From contig OX597834.1 of the NCBI GenBank assembly GCA_951406725.2, forward strand, positions 1,240,001-1,304,000: 64,000 bases of DNA. The letters run 5' to 3'. The translations under genes and the position numbers were made by a program. Of the stretch, positions 27,484-41,396 are shown one piece after another. Positions within the stretch are counted from its first letter, which is position 1, and every line of letters begins with the position of its first letter. Origin of the DNA: Octopus vulgaris. Its lineage: Eukaryota. The notes below the pieces were generated by a model. That model was not told the DNA's origin. It saw only the letters and a program-made list of their open reading frames with translations, and made no database searches.

Positions 27484-28050
27484 CAGGTCACTTTCGAGTG
27501 CTACTGGTAACATGTAACCCAGTACAACCTGTTGCATGGTCGGGTCGTCGGCGACTAAACCGGCAACCCCACCAAGCTTGCTTGGTGAGGAGGGTGTTTA
27601 TTGGACACCCTGCGGGATGAAAAACAAAAACCGTCAAAGGGCGGAGGAACTCTTGAGAGTCAACGGCCATCAAATAAATATCTTAAGGATGTATCATGTG
27701 CGGGGACATAGAAATAATCGGACTGAATACCCGATCGCGTGGTTAAACCATTGGGAGTGAAGGACTCCTAGCTTTTGTTAGGGCATCCTTCTAGGGGAAG
27801 GTAACTCAGGTAACTGGGATAACTCCGACATAAAACCTGCGGCTCAGTGGTTGCCGATGATGTTGACTTGTTCTTCTTTTCGGATTATGGCTGATGTTGC
27901 TTAGTGAGTGGGATTGACTCAGTGCACAGCCTTTCCTCACTTTAAAAAAAAATCTTCTTGCACAGGCATTGCACGATAACAACATTGATTAAGCTTCGTG
28001 CAATGGCCATACTCGATAATGAGGGGGCAGCCACCATGTATGTATGTATG
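27484..28050 (+). mobile_element. Non-autonomous RTE-derived retroelement (5'UTR-like + 3'-end-like, no ORF) with (ATGT)n tail
   Basis: GC-richer block; internal gggcatccttctaggggaaggtaactc resembles an RTE 5'UTR motif; 3' end gccatactcgataatgagggggcagccacc+(atgt)n resembles RTE 3' termini ending in short tandem repeats. Confidence 0.65.
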
Positions 28051-28394
28051 CATTTATGCATGTATGCTTGATTGAAGAGTTTAACACAATGATGTCAATT
28101 TAAAAACCAGGCATCTCCACAAGTTCTTCTGCAGTTAGTTTTTTTTTGAGGGGGGTGGTGCCCCAAGCCTTTCTCGCATAAAGCAGGGTGGTCATTTATC
28201 CCCAGTTGACAGGTACATACTACGTTATCTACTCGTTGTTGGGAGCTTGTAAAACCTGCACAGAGTAAAGAGCAGGCTATTTCCTAATAGGCGGGAATCT
28301 ATAACTGTGGGCAGTGTATGCTCCAGGAGCGTTCATCTAGGACCAGGTGAACTAATCATCTACCTCTCTGGATAAGTAAATCGAAATTTTGCAT

Positions 28395-28590
28395 TCAGAT
28401 TTTGGCAAAAGGTCAGCAACTTCAGGAGGTGGGGCTAAGTCGATCAGACCGACTCAAGTGGTATCGACCCTGAAATGATGAAAGGCAAAGTCTATCTCGG
28501 TGGAGTTTGAACTCAGAACGTAAAGACGGATGAAATGCCGCTAAGCATTTTATCCGGCCTGATAACGATTCTGCCAGCTTCCCATCCTAA
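28395..28590 (-). mobile_element. SINE, near full length
   Basis: Reverse complement of the 17140/24343 family: atgaaaggcaaagtctatctcggtggagtttgaactcagaacgtaaagacggatgaaatgccgctaagcatttt...ttctgccagct. Confidence 0.88.
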
Positions 28591-31239
28591 TAAATCGAAA
28601 CATTGAAATGTTCATACTTCTATGAAGCTAATAAAAAAGAGTGAATGTAGGATGGGTTGACTGAAACTGAATCGTTGCATCATAATTTTGTATTCGACTC
28701 GAGTTCGCTGATGTTGCCAGAAGAGAGAACGTTCTTCAAATAACTGTTTGCTGCGTTATCAATGAGCTTAATCACTAAATCTTTTTTTCTTCTTTTCTTA
28801 TTTTTTTCTTTTCCTTTTTTTTTCTTGTTTCTTTTTTCCTCTTGCCTCAAGCTCCGAATGTCAGCTCCATCTTAAAGTTGGGATCAACATCTCAATTTGT
28901 CCGTGGGGCAAAAACAACGAAATTAATTTCCCAAAAACAAAAATGAAATAAAAACAGATAAAGAAGAGAAAGAAATATGAGTCGAAATCTCCTCATTTTA
29001 AAATATTTTACTAAATTTTATGTATATTTTTTTTTGTGTTTATTTCCATCGTTTTCCGTTCATTGTTTTTTTCTTCTCTCTGTTAATAGCGATTGTCATA
29101 GTTGTAAGCAGAATAGAGAACAACCTTGAAAGTGTGGCGGCGGAAAGCGAGAGAATCCTGCTTCGCTGTAATATCCTTTTGGCGAAATCGCTAAATATAT
29201 CCCGGTTTGGGCGGAATAAGTTTAAAAAGTTGATAGTGAGACTAGAAATCAATAAATGTTGTTTAAGCAGAACAATTATTAGTAAAGCTTTTAAACTAGA
29301 CACATATAGAGATATCACACGAAGTATTAGAGATGATAAAGATATCACACGAAACATATGGAGAAATAACATGAAATCTCGATAGGATATTGCAGTAAAC
29401 GTGCGTATAGATCATAATGAAAAACATTGGATGAAAATTGGTTAGATATCTCATGGAATGTATTAAGAAGTAATAGAAAAGTTATGTCTCGGTAGCAGCA
29501 GCATTGGGTATATTTTATAGTGAAACGTAGAGCAGCATTAAAGTCAGAAAGAAATTAGAGGAACTAAAAGAGTTGTCGCATAAAAATCTAGGTGGATTGA
29601 TGGCGGAGGAAGATTCTCGTTCGAAACTGGCAAAGTAAACAAAAATACAGCATGAAATCTGTGGATAAAGTATGAAATAGGCGGAGATAATAGCAGGGAA
29701 GTCCTAGATTATCCCGATATACATAGACAGAGGAAATGTACACAGAGTGACAGACCAGGCTGGAGCATTCTCGTTGGTTCATTAATTATTGACTGTAATC
29801 TTGACGAGATAAATCAACGTTTGGAGAAGTGGAAAGAGGAGTTAATTTTCTTCAGGACTTCACTGGTCCTTATTTTGCAGACCCCGGAAAGGCAAGATCG
29901 ATTGTAAACAACATAAAGGGGGACAACTATATACAACAATGCTTTTATCTATTTAGATATCATGTGACTGGGTAAACCTATTAAGTTGCTGCCTAGGTAC
30001 GCCATCCGCGTGAAACACAATAATTAAGTGATTTCTATCATATTTAATGTAGTGAGCAAAATCACAATTTTAAATTGTATCCCCTACTGCATACGTAACT
30101 CTATTTTTAAGGAGTTAAATTTCCGAAGTCAACCCACCCCACTTTACTATGTTAGATTTAATTAATATTAATCATTAAAATTATGTTTCACTCTTCCTCG
30201 CTGCAAACATAATTTCCATTCACTGAGAATGTTTCGCTCATCACATTAAGTACATCATCATGCACTTAACTACTGTATTCCATAAGGATATCGTCCCTAA
30301 GAAAGTTTCCGAAATTATTGTACTCATCTGTCGCACAAACTGAAATATTTAATGAACACCTGTAAGTAATTTCCTATCACCTGTTAGTCTTTCCTTCCAG
30401 CCACTGAACACCTGCACAGAGTGACCTCGTCACTAGTCCACTAAACAGATGGAGAAGGCTATGCTATTTGTCTCACACAAACCCTGGAGTAGTTACTGAC
30501 CATCTGTAAAGAGGTTTTCTCATCATTGGATCTCATAAATACGGGAATAGTTTGTGTTAGTCTGTCTCATCAACTCTGCTATATTTATTTAGCATCAATA
30601 CAATGAACCTCTCATCCTTATTTCTTCAAATCTGAATAGGTTTATGGTTCAGTAATAAGGAGGAAACCTATCAACAGTTATCGACCGCAATAGGCAAAGA
30701 TCAAATTAAATTGCATTTAGTTTTTGGGCTAATATGTAATAATCACCTCACTCTCTGCGTAATTAAAATACTAATTAATTTCATAACCCTGACTTGTTAT
30801 CCGATTCTCCTGCTTACCCGATTCCCTTGACAAATGTTCGGTCACATTATCGCTCACCTGATATTTCCCCTCATTAGGACAAATACCATTTAATTAACTG
30901 GAATTTGTTTACTCATTACACTAGTACAGAGGTCAACAACATCGTTTGCAGTGACCCCTTATTATAATTTGTTATTATAGCTTGCCATAGTCCCCTACCA
31001 CCACCACCATATATAATTTACATATCTTGCCTATAAATTATTCATCCATATACCCTCCCGGCCCATTTCTGTCACTACCAATGTCTATGTCAGGTAACCC
31101 TTAAACAAATTATGACACAAAACACTTTCTAAAAGACGCCAGCAGCTCAAGGCCCCACAAATACAATAAATTTGAAAATACTTTACATAAAGTGTGAAAG
31201 GCAAAGTCGACCTTTGAATTTCCTTGTTGATGTTAGCTA

Positions 31240-31455
31240 CGGAAGAATTAAAGCAGCGAGTTGGCAGAAGCGTCAGCACGCCGGACAGAGTGCTCCACGG
31301 CATTTCTTCCGTCCTGATGTTCTGAGCTCAAATTCCGCCCAGCTCAAATTTGCTTTTCATCCTTCCGATGGAATAAGTATCAGCTGAGTATCGGGGGTCG
31401 ATGTAACTGACTTATCCCCTGACCCGAAATTGCTGGCCTTTCGCCAAAATTTGAA
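31240..31455 (+). mobile_element. SINE, near full length
   Basis: gcgagttggcagaagcgtcagcacgccgg...ttctgagctcaaattccgcc...ttttcatccttcc...ggggtcgatgtaactgac...ccaaaatttgaaac. Confidence 0.85.
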
Positions 31456-31854
31456 ACTAGTATTAGCATTATATTAGAATTTCTGATTTTAGGGAGAAGG
31501 CCAAAAATTTTGAGGAGAGTCAATCATCATCATCATCATCAAGATTTTTTTATCAACCACTGAGGATCGAGAGGCAGCTTGAGGACGGTAGAGGGCGATA
31601 CAATATAATGTGATGTGATTTGACTCGAAGTTTCATGAAATCACACTAAGAGTAAAATATCAGAAGCCAAGAAAACATTCAAGAAAAGTCCTTCATAGGT
31701 GGGGAGACTTCTAAAGGTTCTCGTGGAAATCCCACAAAATCATGGTCGACCTGACCACTAGGGAGAATACTCACTCCTCCTTTTTCAATCTGTAGGCGCC
31801 GCTTGGATCATACTTTCAACAAATTTTGTGGAAAGCAACACTTACCTCCACATG

Positions 31855-31891
31855 ATGATAATAATAATAATAATGATGATAATAACAACAA

Positions 31892-31951
<60 letters not shown>

Positions 31952-31953
31952 CG
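31855..31953. repeat. (AAT)n/(AAC)n microsatellite
   Basis: Direct reading. Confidence 0.95.
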
Positions 31954-32491
31954 TAATAAAGAGTCAACATCAATCTCCATCAATGTTCTGTCATATTCTG
32001 CCTTACTTTATCGATTTCCAGCTGAAATATTTCTGTGAATTAAACTATCAATGATATCGATGAATGTGAACAAAGAGGAGAAATAAAAGTAAATGGGAAT
32101 GTTTAATGCAGTAATTTCTCATTGATTGATGCAACTTAAGAAAGCTGTCACTCAAGAATGGCGAAATCATTCGATTTAAAGAGACACCGCTGACAGTTTG
32201 CACCTGGAAACGCCAACTTTTATCAAATTCCATCGACAATTGGTAGAATCAAACAATCCTTCAAGGATTCAATCATGGCAGAATCATGGGTCGCTCGATC
32301 TGCTAGAAATAGAAGTCAAAGCAGCCTCAATTTACTCAGCCTACCACACACTTCAGAAAGGATGCATGCATTCTGTAATGTGGTCGTAAGGATTAGTCAC
32401 GGTAGGATCGACTTTGATCACAGCTTTGTTAGCTGAAAGCCGACCTAGGGCTGGTATCGGTTTGTTGCTGTTGTTGTTTTCGTTGTTACTG

Positions 32492-32895
32492 TTATTGCTG
32501 ATGCTCTTCTTCGTACAGTTGTTCTTTTGTTGATGTTGTTGTTGTTGTTGCTGCTGCTGCTGCTGCTGTTGTTAAGCAACAAGACAGGTAAGAGTGATTA
32601 GGTGAGGGTCTAGGGCTTAGGGGCGGGAGACCCCAGACCTTGGAAAAAAAAAACTTTGGTTGTCTTGTTGTAGTCGAGGGCTCTTCGTTGACGCCCGACA
32701 CCACTGGGAGTTGGCCCTCGAAGTCGCTGGAAATGGAGATCTCCAGGTACAAATTCTTGAGCGGCTGCTGCTGCTGTTGTTGCTGTTGTTGCTGCTGCTG
32801 TTGTTGTTGCCGCTGTTGTTTTTCTTCTTCTTGCTCGGATCGAACATAGATGTGTACGACATTCCATCCATGACATACCGCTTTATTTCTCAGTC
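32492..32895 (-). other. Coding-like GC3-biased island with CAA/CAG tract (unassigned exon or pseudogene fragment)
   Basis: Open frame ...EQEEEKQQR(Q)n-PLKNLYLEISISSDFEGQLPVVSGVNEEPST...; 25 of 30 codons at 32764-32675 end in G/C; no recognisable domain. Confidence 0.3.
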
Positions 32896-33283
32896 AATCA
32901 TTACATCACCCAATTCAAAGCAGTGAGGTGTGATCTGAGAGAGACTCGACCGTTATTTCTACAACCATTTCTACACTGCGACTTCATAGCAACACCTTAT
33001 TTTTGTCCATCAGGTGTATATTTGTGTATAGACAGCTCTATCGGCGTATTTAATAGCCAACAAACTAAAATAGCATGTTTCTTTTATTGTAAACCAATTA
33101 ACTGATTTAGTTGCTGTTGACAAGAGATAAAAAACAACGTCACATGTCTGGCAAATATTGTTCTACCGCCATCTTGGCTTGGTGCTCTTACGTTTCAGCT
33201 CCGTATTGACATTCGATTGGCTATAAATATTGTTGTATTAGTGATTACAGGTGTGTCAGTATAAACACAGACACACACACATG

Positions 33284-33314
<31 letters not shown>

Positions 33315-33320
33315 AGGTTT

Positions 33321-33385
<65 letters not shown>

Positions 33386-33799
33386 TATGTATATATGTAT
33401 ATATATATATATATGTGTATATTTATATATACATATGCATATATATGAAGTTATCATTATACAGAGAATGGTAGCTGTATACATATACATAATCACACTC
33501 ACTAATATACACTAATATACAACAACTTGCCAACTTGCATTTTCCTACATTTATACACTCAGAAAATAATTTCGTGATGTAGATCCATATATTACATTAA
33601 TAGATACATTTCGCTCAGTAATATATACATACAATTTTATACACACACTCACACACGCACATACGTATATGTATGTAAGTATGCATGTATGCAAGTGTGT
33701 GTGTGTGTGTGTGTGTATATGTATATATATATATGTGTGTGTGTGTGATTATGTGTATGAATACTTAGTGGATATGCATTATGTATAAATATATACGCT

Positions 33800-33937
<138 letters not shown>

Positions 33938-34416
33938 TGTGCTTCTGCAAAGCTGATACGTATCAATATCAGTCGTAGATATCGGTGTGTACATAATTCA
34001 GAAAGCGGAAAGCGCTAAAAACGTGAAGGACGTAAGGAGTCAAGTGATGCAAGAGCCTGGCTTTGAAGGGAGCTGCCGAGGAAGGTGTGTTTCCTTGAGA
34101 TCCTGGCTCAGATCTGGATGTCTGACATGTCCACCAATAAACTTTTAAAAAGGGTAGAAAAGCACTGACTGGAAAACTGGTGAGAATGGCAGAGAAGATT
34201 CCAGTTGGTTATAGCAGAGCAAGGGAACAGGAAGACAAAGTTTCAATGAAAAGAAGGAATCGATTTCATTGAGTATAAAAGCAAAATATTTTCTGCCTGA
34301 TTGGCTAAATCTGAAGAGGGTTTAGTGTAATACAGCAGGAATCGACATCGATGCCCCATGTTACTGGACGGGGAGAAGAGCAACTCCTCAATATATATAC
34401 ATAGATAGATATAGAT

Positions 34417-34571
<155 letters not shown>

Positions 34572-34584
34572 TATATGCGGCGAA

Positions 34585-34716
34585 CCTCTTTCAGTTTCCG
34601 TCAACCAAATTCTCTGACAAATTTTTAGTCGGCAGAGATTATAGTAGAAGACTTACCCAAGCTCTGAATCGGGAACCATGTGGTCGGTTAGCAAACAGCC
34701 AGCACACAGTCACCAA
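34585..34716 (-). mobile_element. SINE fragment (third family)
   Basis: tttcagtttccgtcaaccaaatt...tatagtagaagacttacccaag...ggaaccatgtgg..., the reverse complement of a tRNA-headed SINE; degraded + strand relatives at ~38765-38860 and ~43492-43635. Confidence 0.7.
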
Positions 34717-34830
34717 CCTACACAGACCAGCGAGATGTTGATTCATGAAATTCGTGGAATGTACAAACATGCAAATACACACACATACACACAGGCAAGC
34801 ATACATATATACACAAATACGAGCATACGG

Positions 34831-35008
<178 letters not shown>

Positions 35009-36809
35009 TATATATTCATATATACATGCTTAACCAGATATTGCCTAAATTGTAGTGAAAGAGTCTTGTTTATTGGAGTCTGGCTTTTTCTCTATTGGGG
35101 AGAGACTTTAGAACTATAACCAGAAATAAGGTGCTTGTATAAATAGAGAGAGAGATGATAAATTTACCTGACAAGTCTTCAAGTAATATATATGTGTATA
35201 CTCTATAATTACAATCTTTATAAGCTGTGAAGCAGTTAAAATTTACTGATTTATGAATGCAAGAACTAAGCGACCCTCCCTAGACACACGCTTCACACAT
35301 TATAGTATAAATAGAAAGATGTGGAAATTTAATTATCTCCCCTGATAGAACTCTTCGCACTCGGGGACACAGTTTTAACCTTTTCGTCTCCTTCTATTCT
35401 AGTTTATGATTTTCAACAATAACTTCACAGATTAGAAATTGCCATCAAACAGGACATTTTCAGAAAATTATTAACTATGAAATTTTTGATCTGAAGCATT
35501 AGAGTAAAGTGAATGCAAGTATATGAGCGGATATTAAGTGTAAACTGTTCGAAATAAACCTACAACGGAACTCAATGGCTTTTCATTCTGATTGACATAA
35601 CTTTTATATAAAAATATATCATCCTTTACAAAAGCAATAATATATAATGAATGTTTTAGGTGCAAACTCTGTGTAGGTTCTTGGAGAGGAACAGATGCAC
35701 GCGAATACCTACCCACGGGGATATGTAAATACCTGAGTGAATATAGATGTACATGTATGTTTATGTTACTACATAAGTATGTATGTGTGTATGTACGTAT
35801 CTATATATGTATAAGAAGGCATGAATGTGTTTGTATCTATACATGTGTGTTCGTTTGTCTGTTTAGACGTATGCGTGCATCTGTGTATGTACGAACGTAC
35901 TTATATATGTATCCACTTATATGTATATATATATATATATATCTATGCATGTATGTAAGCATATACATACGTATGCATTTATATATGTGTGTGTGTGCAT
36001 ATGTGTTAGCGTCAGTGTGTGTGTGAATATATGTTAGCATGTACGTACGTATGCATATGTGTGTGTGTGCGTGTGAGCCTGAATGTAAGAGATGCGATGT
36101 TCGATCCCACTCCATTCCAACCTAGTTGCTGCGAGTTGGCGTCGACAGAGTGCAAGCATGGCGGGCAATTGTTAGCTGAATAAAAGGGTTAAGACATGTT
36201 GTACAGTGTATCTCATTCTTTCTGGTCTGAGGATTTTATTAATGGTGCACCTGGCAGTGGAATTCTTACAGTTCAATGAATTTGTCTTTGAACGAACAAA
36301 TGCAAAACTCAGCGTCGAAACCAGAGATAAACACTGTTTTGGTCGCTGATTTTGAACGTTACGTCCACATCTACGGGACTGATGCCCTCTGCGTGTATTT
36401 TAACCCCAAACTGCTATATCAAAACCTGTAATGTTTGCAACTGGAGAAAATCTTAATAGAGATCTTGCACTCATACGTCTAAACAACAGGAATGATTTTT
36501 TTTTCATATTTACCCCAGGATAGTCTTTCCTACAAATGGTAATATATATTGCATATTGTATGTATGCAGTTCTAATTTTCCTCCACTATATCGATTCCTC
36601 ATCTAGATACGCCAACACGATTGCATATCATTAAGTAGTAGTCATATATTAAAGAAGTATTGTGTACAATACTATTGCATAACGTCAATGGCGTTTTATT
36701 AAAGTATAGGTATAATATACTTTGTTACATAACATCACATGACATGATCTCCTAAATACAAAACTATCGCACAACCAACTTAACATTGTGTTGGCCAGCT
36801 GACATAAAT

Positions 36810-36857
36810 TAAAACATTAATGAAGTAAAACATTAATGAAGTAAAACATTAATGAAG
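36810..36857. repeat. 16-bp unit x3 perfect tandem repeat
   Basis: (taaaacattaatgaag)3. Confidence 0.95.
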
Positions 36858-37261
36858 AGGAATATGGCATGAGCATTATAAACGATTATAAATTAAGTCT
36901 TTAATCTAAAAGTAATTTCACTGCTCGAGATCCCCAAATATCCAGACTGGAAAGTGCAGTATCCACATTTACGATGCAACATATTTGGGACAAATGAGAT
37001 AATGACCCACGTGACTGGTCACTTTTAGCTGACCACACCACAAGGGGGCGATGTATGCACGCAATACATAATGAGGTGGAATACATGACCCCGAAATATG
37101 AACAGCTAGATTTGGCATTAGTGGAATTCCACTTCAGAGTGGCATATTTCGGTGCTTTTAAACCACATCTGTCAATCTTTGATCTTATGAGTCCTTGCCA
37201 CCGAACATTAAGAGAAACGTTGGATGTAAACACGTAAAGATTTAAATAGATATTTTTTACA

Positions 37262-37447
37262 AATTTTGGCAGAAGGCCAACAATTTCGGAAGACGGAGTA
37301 AGACGATTACATCGTCCCCAGTTATCAACTGGTGCTTATTTCATGGACCTCGAAAGGATGAACGACAAAGCCGACCCCAGTGACATTTGAGCTGAGAAAG
37401 TAGAGACGGACTAAATGCAACAAACGCTTCCGCCAGGCTCGCCGCCT
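37262..37447 (-). mobile_element. SINE copy
   Basis: cgattacatcgtccccag...actggtgcttattt...cctcgaaaggatgaacgacaaagccgacc...tttgagctgagaa...gctcgccgcc; a further fragment lies at ~42225-42332. Confidence 0.8.
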
Positions 37448-37878
37448 CAAGGCTTTAAGTAAATATTGGCTGACAAAACAGACAGCATACAGGCAGAGAC
37501 TATGTTTTATTGTGAAGGTGTTGTATATGACTGATACGTATTGAGAGTTGAACTCAGTAGTTGAGCAAGAGCAAAGGCGTGAAGTGTATTAGCGTGAAGT
37601 CACTTTGTGTCTCATTACTAAGAAGCATTCTGCAGATGGAAATGTTTTGTGGTGAGGCCTGTAAAACACGAAATATACATACGCACATACGCACGCACGC
37701 ACACACACACACACACACACAAATATATGTAAATGCACACATATACACACACGTATGTATGTGTATGTATTTTAAAGAGCATATGTATGGATAGCGCGTA
37801 TACGCAAATGCATTAGGATTTCAATATAAGAGTGAAAGTATATTTGTGAGTAATGCATATTTACACGTAAATAGATAG

Positions 37879-37923
<45 letters not shown>

Positions 37924-39249
37924 TCTGCATGTTTGTGCATTTCTGCAGCTCGTGTATGTATATGTGTGCATCACATGTGTAATATACTAATAAATGCATA
38001 CATAGAGCCTTACATGCATACAAAGAATGTTTGTGTACATATGTGTAACTATGTGCATATATATTATGTATGTGTTTTTTTAATATATTATGTATGAATG
38101 TGTGTGCGTGTGTAGATGTATGTATTTATGTGTGTATATGTTATACATGTTTGCATCCAACACATTATGTGTATAGTTGTGACAGATGAAAGCAGATAGA
38201 GGATAGCATTTTAAATCGGAATATTCCTCCTTGATTAAAAGGATATGCAACAATATCAACAACCAAACTACAACAACTGAGCAGCGAGAACAACAAAAAC
38301 AAATATATGCAACGCTACAACAAGAATAACAACAACAATAGCATGAACAGGAACAACAAGAAGAGCAACACATGTACAAAAACAACCACCACAGGTAAGA
38401 CTAGTGAAACAACAACAACAACCAAACTGAATTAAAACTGTATAGAAATGCAAACGGTTTGTGGGTGAGGGGTAGGAATATCTGAAACATTGCGAATATC
38501 TCTCGGTTCGGAAATCTACGAATCTAACTCACTCTAGACTTTCCTCTCTCACAAATATTTCCATGTTTCTAAGAAGATAATAATTCTATCTTCAGGCAGA
38601 ACTCTAGCAAATATAATCAATGGGAAGTACAAGTTTGGCATTCATAACAACACAAGTCTAATCCAACTGCACTGACAGCCTCCAACATTTTACCTGCACA
38701 GCTCTCTCCACTTTATGCCGATTCCATTAGAAAAGCGCTATAAACAGAGAAATAGAATGCACGCATGGCCGTGTGCATTCGTAGTTAAGTAGTTCTCCTG
38801 ATTACCATCTGGTTGTTGGTTCGATCCAATTCATTGCATAGTACCTTGAGCATAATGTCAACCACCATTGTCAGAGTTCAGGTTAGAAATGTAGTAGGCA
38901 TCTCATATACATGTGTGTCTGCATGTGTGTACAAATGAATAATTAACTAGTCTATTTCCTTCACCCCTCGAAAGTACACATCCATTTCTCGATCTGACAT
39001 TGATAACATCTCCTGCCTGCTAGGAAAACTCAAATTCACTTTAAGGATAATAACTGAACCCGCAACTCATCTACCGATTTCTTTGATATAATTATGGGCT
39101 CATCTGATGCAGCCCAGACTACTGACCTAGTTGATTTATTCCTTCTTTCCCAATATTATCTTGTAATATTGTAATATTATCTTGTAAATACAGTTTCTAC
39201 TCATCATTTGCGCATTTTATTCGATCTATGCAATCCTATAACTATAAGT

Positions 39250-39620
39250 AAATCGAGAAAATCGAAAGATCTAAAACTTTAGAACCAGTACCCTTCATCT
39301 CAGCGCCTCTAAGAGAATAGACAGAGTTGTGTCCGGTATTTGATGGAACATTTGAAACGATTACTTTAAATTATCGGATTTCCTGAGCACGTTCCCATGA
39401 AACGTGGCCAACTGACAGCACTGCCAGTTCTCAGAGATCCGACACTGTAGCACATAATCTTATATAATTGCATTCACACCACAGACACAACCTCGATAGT
39501 ACAGCAGAACTATCTGGATTCGAAACATTCTGTAATTTACAGTTCTATATTCTACTTCGTTAATGATTATATCTTTCCTGCTGCTTATAAAGGATTGACA
39601 TCCGAAACGCTATAATATAT
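39250..39620 (-). mobile_element. Penelope-like GIY-YIG remnant
   Basis: Minus strand ...LYKIMCYSVGSLRTG..WPRFM.. follows the IY.I.C..C...YIG.TGR....RF.EH pattern; a hammerhead-like 3' half (gga-ttgaca-tcc-GAAA-cg) lies at ~39592-39612 on the + strand. Confidence 0.45.
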
Positions 39621-39925
39621 TTTCCTTCGATGAAAATGCTGTTTTATTTCATCAAACTTGTTCCTTCTGCATTCTCCTTTTTATAATTCATTGTGTTTAT
39701 TATACATACAGACACACATGCACGCACACACACACACACACAGACACACACACACATATATATATATAAACATATATATACATATATACACATACATATA
39801 TACATATACATAATAAAACTGTCATATCTAATTTGAAGTAAATGAATTATAAATACGTGTACAGGTTATATGAATATATGTGTGTGCACACATACATACA
39901 CACAGAGACCCACTCACCTATATAC

Positions 39926-39973
<48 letters not shown>

Positions 39974-39974
39974 C

Positions 39975-40165
39975 CGCGTGTGTACCGTTGGCGATTTTTT
40001 CCCTCCGTCTTCCCTTCTTTGGATCTTTCCTTTTCCTATGTCCTGACGAAGAGCTCCGCTCGAGATGTTAAAGCCTCCTTCTTTCCTTCTTTCCTGAGCG
40101 ACCAATAATACTATACTTGTCATCGCGTTGTTGTGTTTTCTCTTTGTGTTTTCATGTTTGGACTA

Positions 40166-40170
<5 letters not shown>
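39975..40170 (+). mobile_element. Penelope-type pLTR fragment with mutated hammerhead
   Basis: CTGACGA-a-gagc(tcc)gctc-GAgA-tgtta at 40043-40070 in a pyrimidine-rich context; similar architecture at 54700-54860. Confidence 0.6.
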
Positions 40171-40249
<79 letters not shown>

Positions 40250-40435
40250 TTTATATGTATATGCACTGAGTGAAAGAGAGGTGAGGCAAATATTAAAAAA
40301 TCACAAATAGGAAAACACTGAATTAAAAGATGAATGCGAAATGAGAAATATTCCCCGAGGAACCATTTTATGGCGAAAATACATGTTGTTCTAGATGTAA
40401 CTAAAAGATATCCATCTGCTGCTAAAGATAATACG

Positions 40436-40484
<49 letters not shown>

Positions 40485-40610
40485 ACAAAGAAATTTCAGT
40501 ATTTTATATTTATTTAACCACATATTTATATAGATGTATGTATGTATGAATATATATGAATGTATGTAAGTATACATGTCGGTATATATATATGTAAGTA
40601 ATTATGCATG

Positions 40611-40660
<50 letters not shown>

Positions 40661-40955
40661 TATGTTTTTTATGCACGTTTTTATGTGTGTTTGTATATAT
40701 ATATATGTCTATGCATAAATGCCTGTATTGCAAATGCATTCCAAAGCCAGGAGCCAAATATTTCCATATGAAATGTTCCTTCACAATTTCTAATTACATT
40801 CATGATGTAATATCAGCTTCCAGAAAATTACATCATTTCATTCGATTTTTTACGAAAATTTGACAAGCTAATTTCGGCTCTCATGAGTGTACGTTCACTC
40901 CGCGATATACTGTGAGTGTGCTCGTGTGTTTGGAGATAAGAATGTGTGTAGTGTG

Positions 40956-40990
<35 letters not shown>

Positions 40991-41177
40991 TAGTTGTATG
41001 TATGTGTGAGTGCCTGTGCGTAAAACTATATTCACACTTACTTTATACATGAATGTATTAATGCCGTTATATATACACATAGAATTACACTGTAAAATCG
41101 AAAAGACTCACAAAAGCTGACTAAACCAAATGAAACGTACATTCTCACGCAAATGCACACACACATATAAGTGGGTT

Positions 41178-41232
<55 letters not shown>

Positions 41233-41328
41233 GTGTATGCAAGAATTAGTATAAGCATATGAACATGTGGTTGCGAGACTTACAGTTGTGGCGTAATGCA
41301 TTAGAATGTGTGTGTGTATATATACATT

Positions 41329-41396
<68 letters not shown>

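Noticed and set aside
25601-27620. Three 535-638 aa ORFs (MYVC repeats)
   Set aside because: Translations of the (ATGT)n microsatellite, which lacks stop codons
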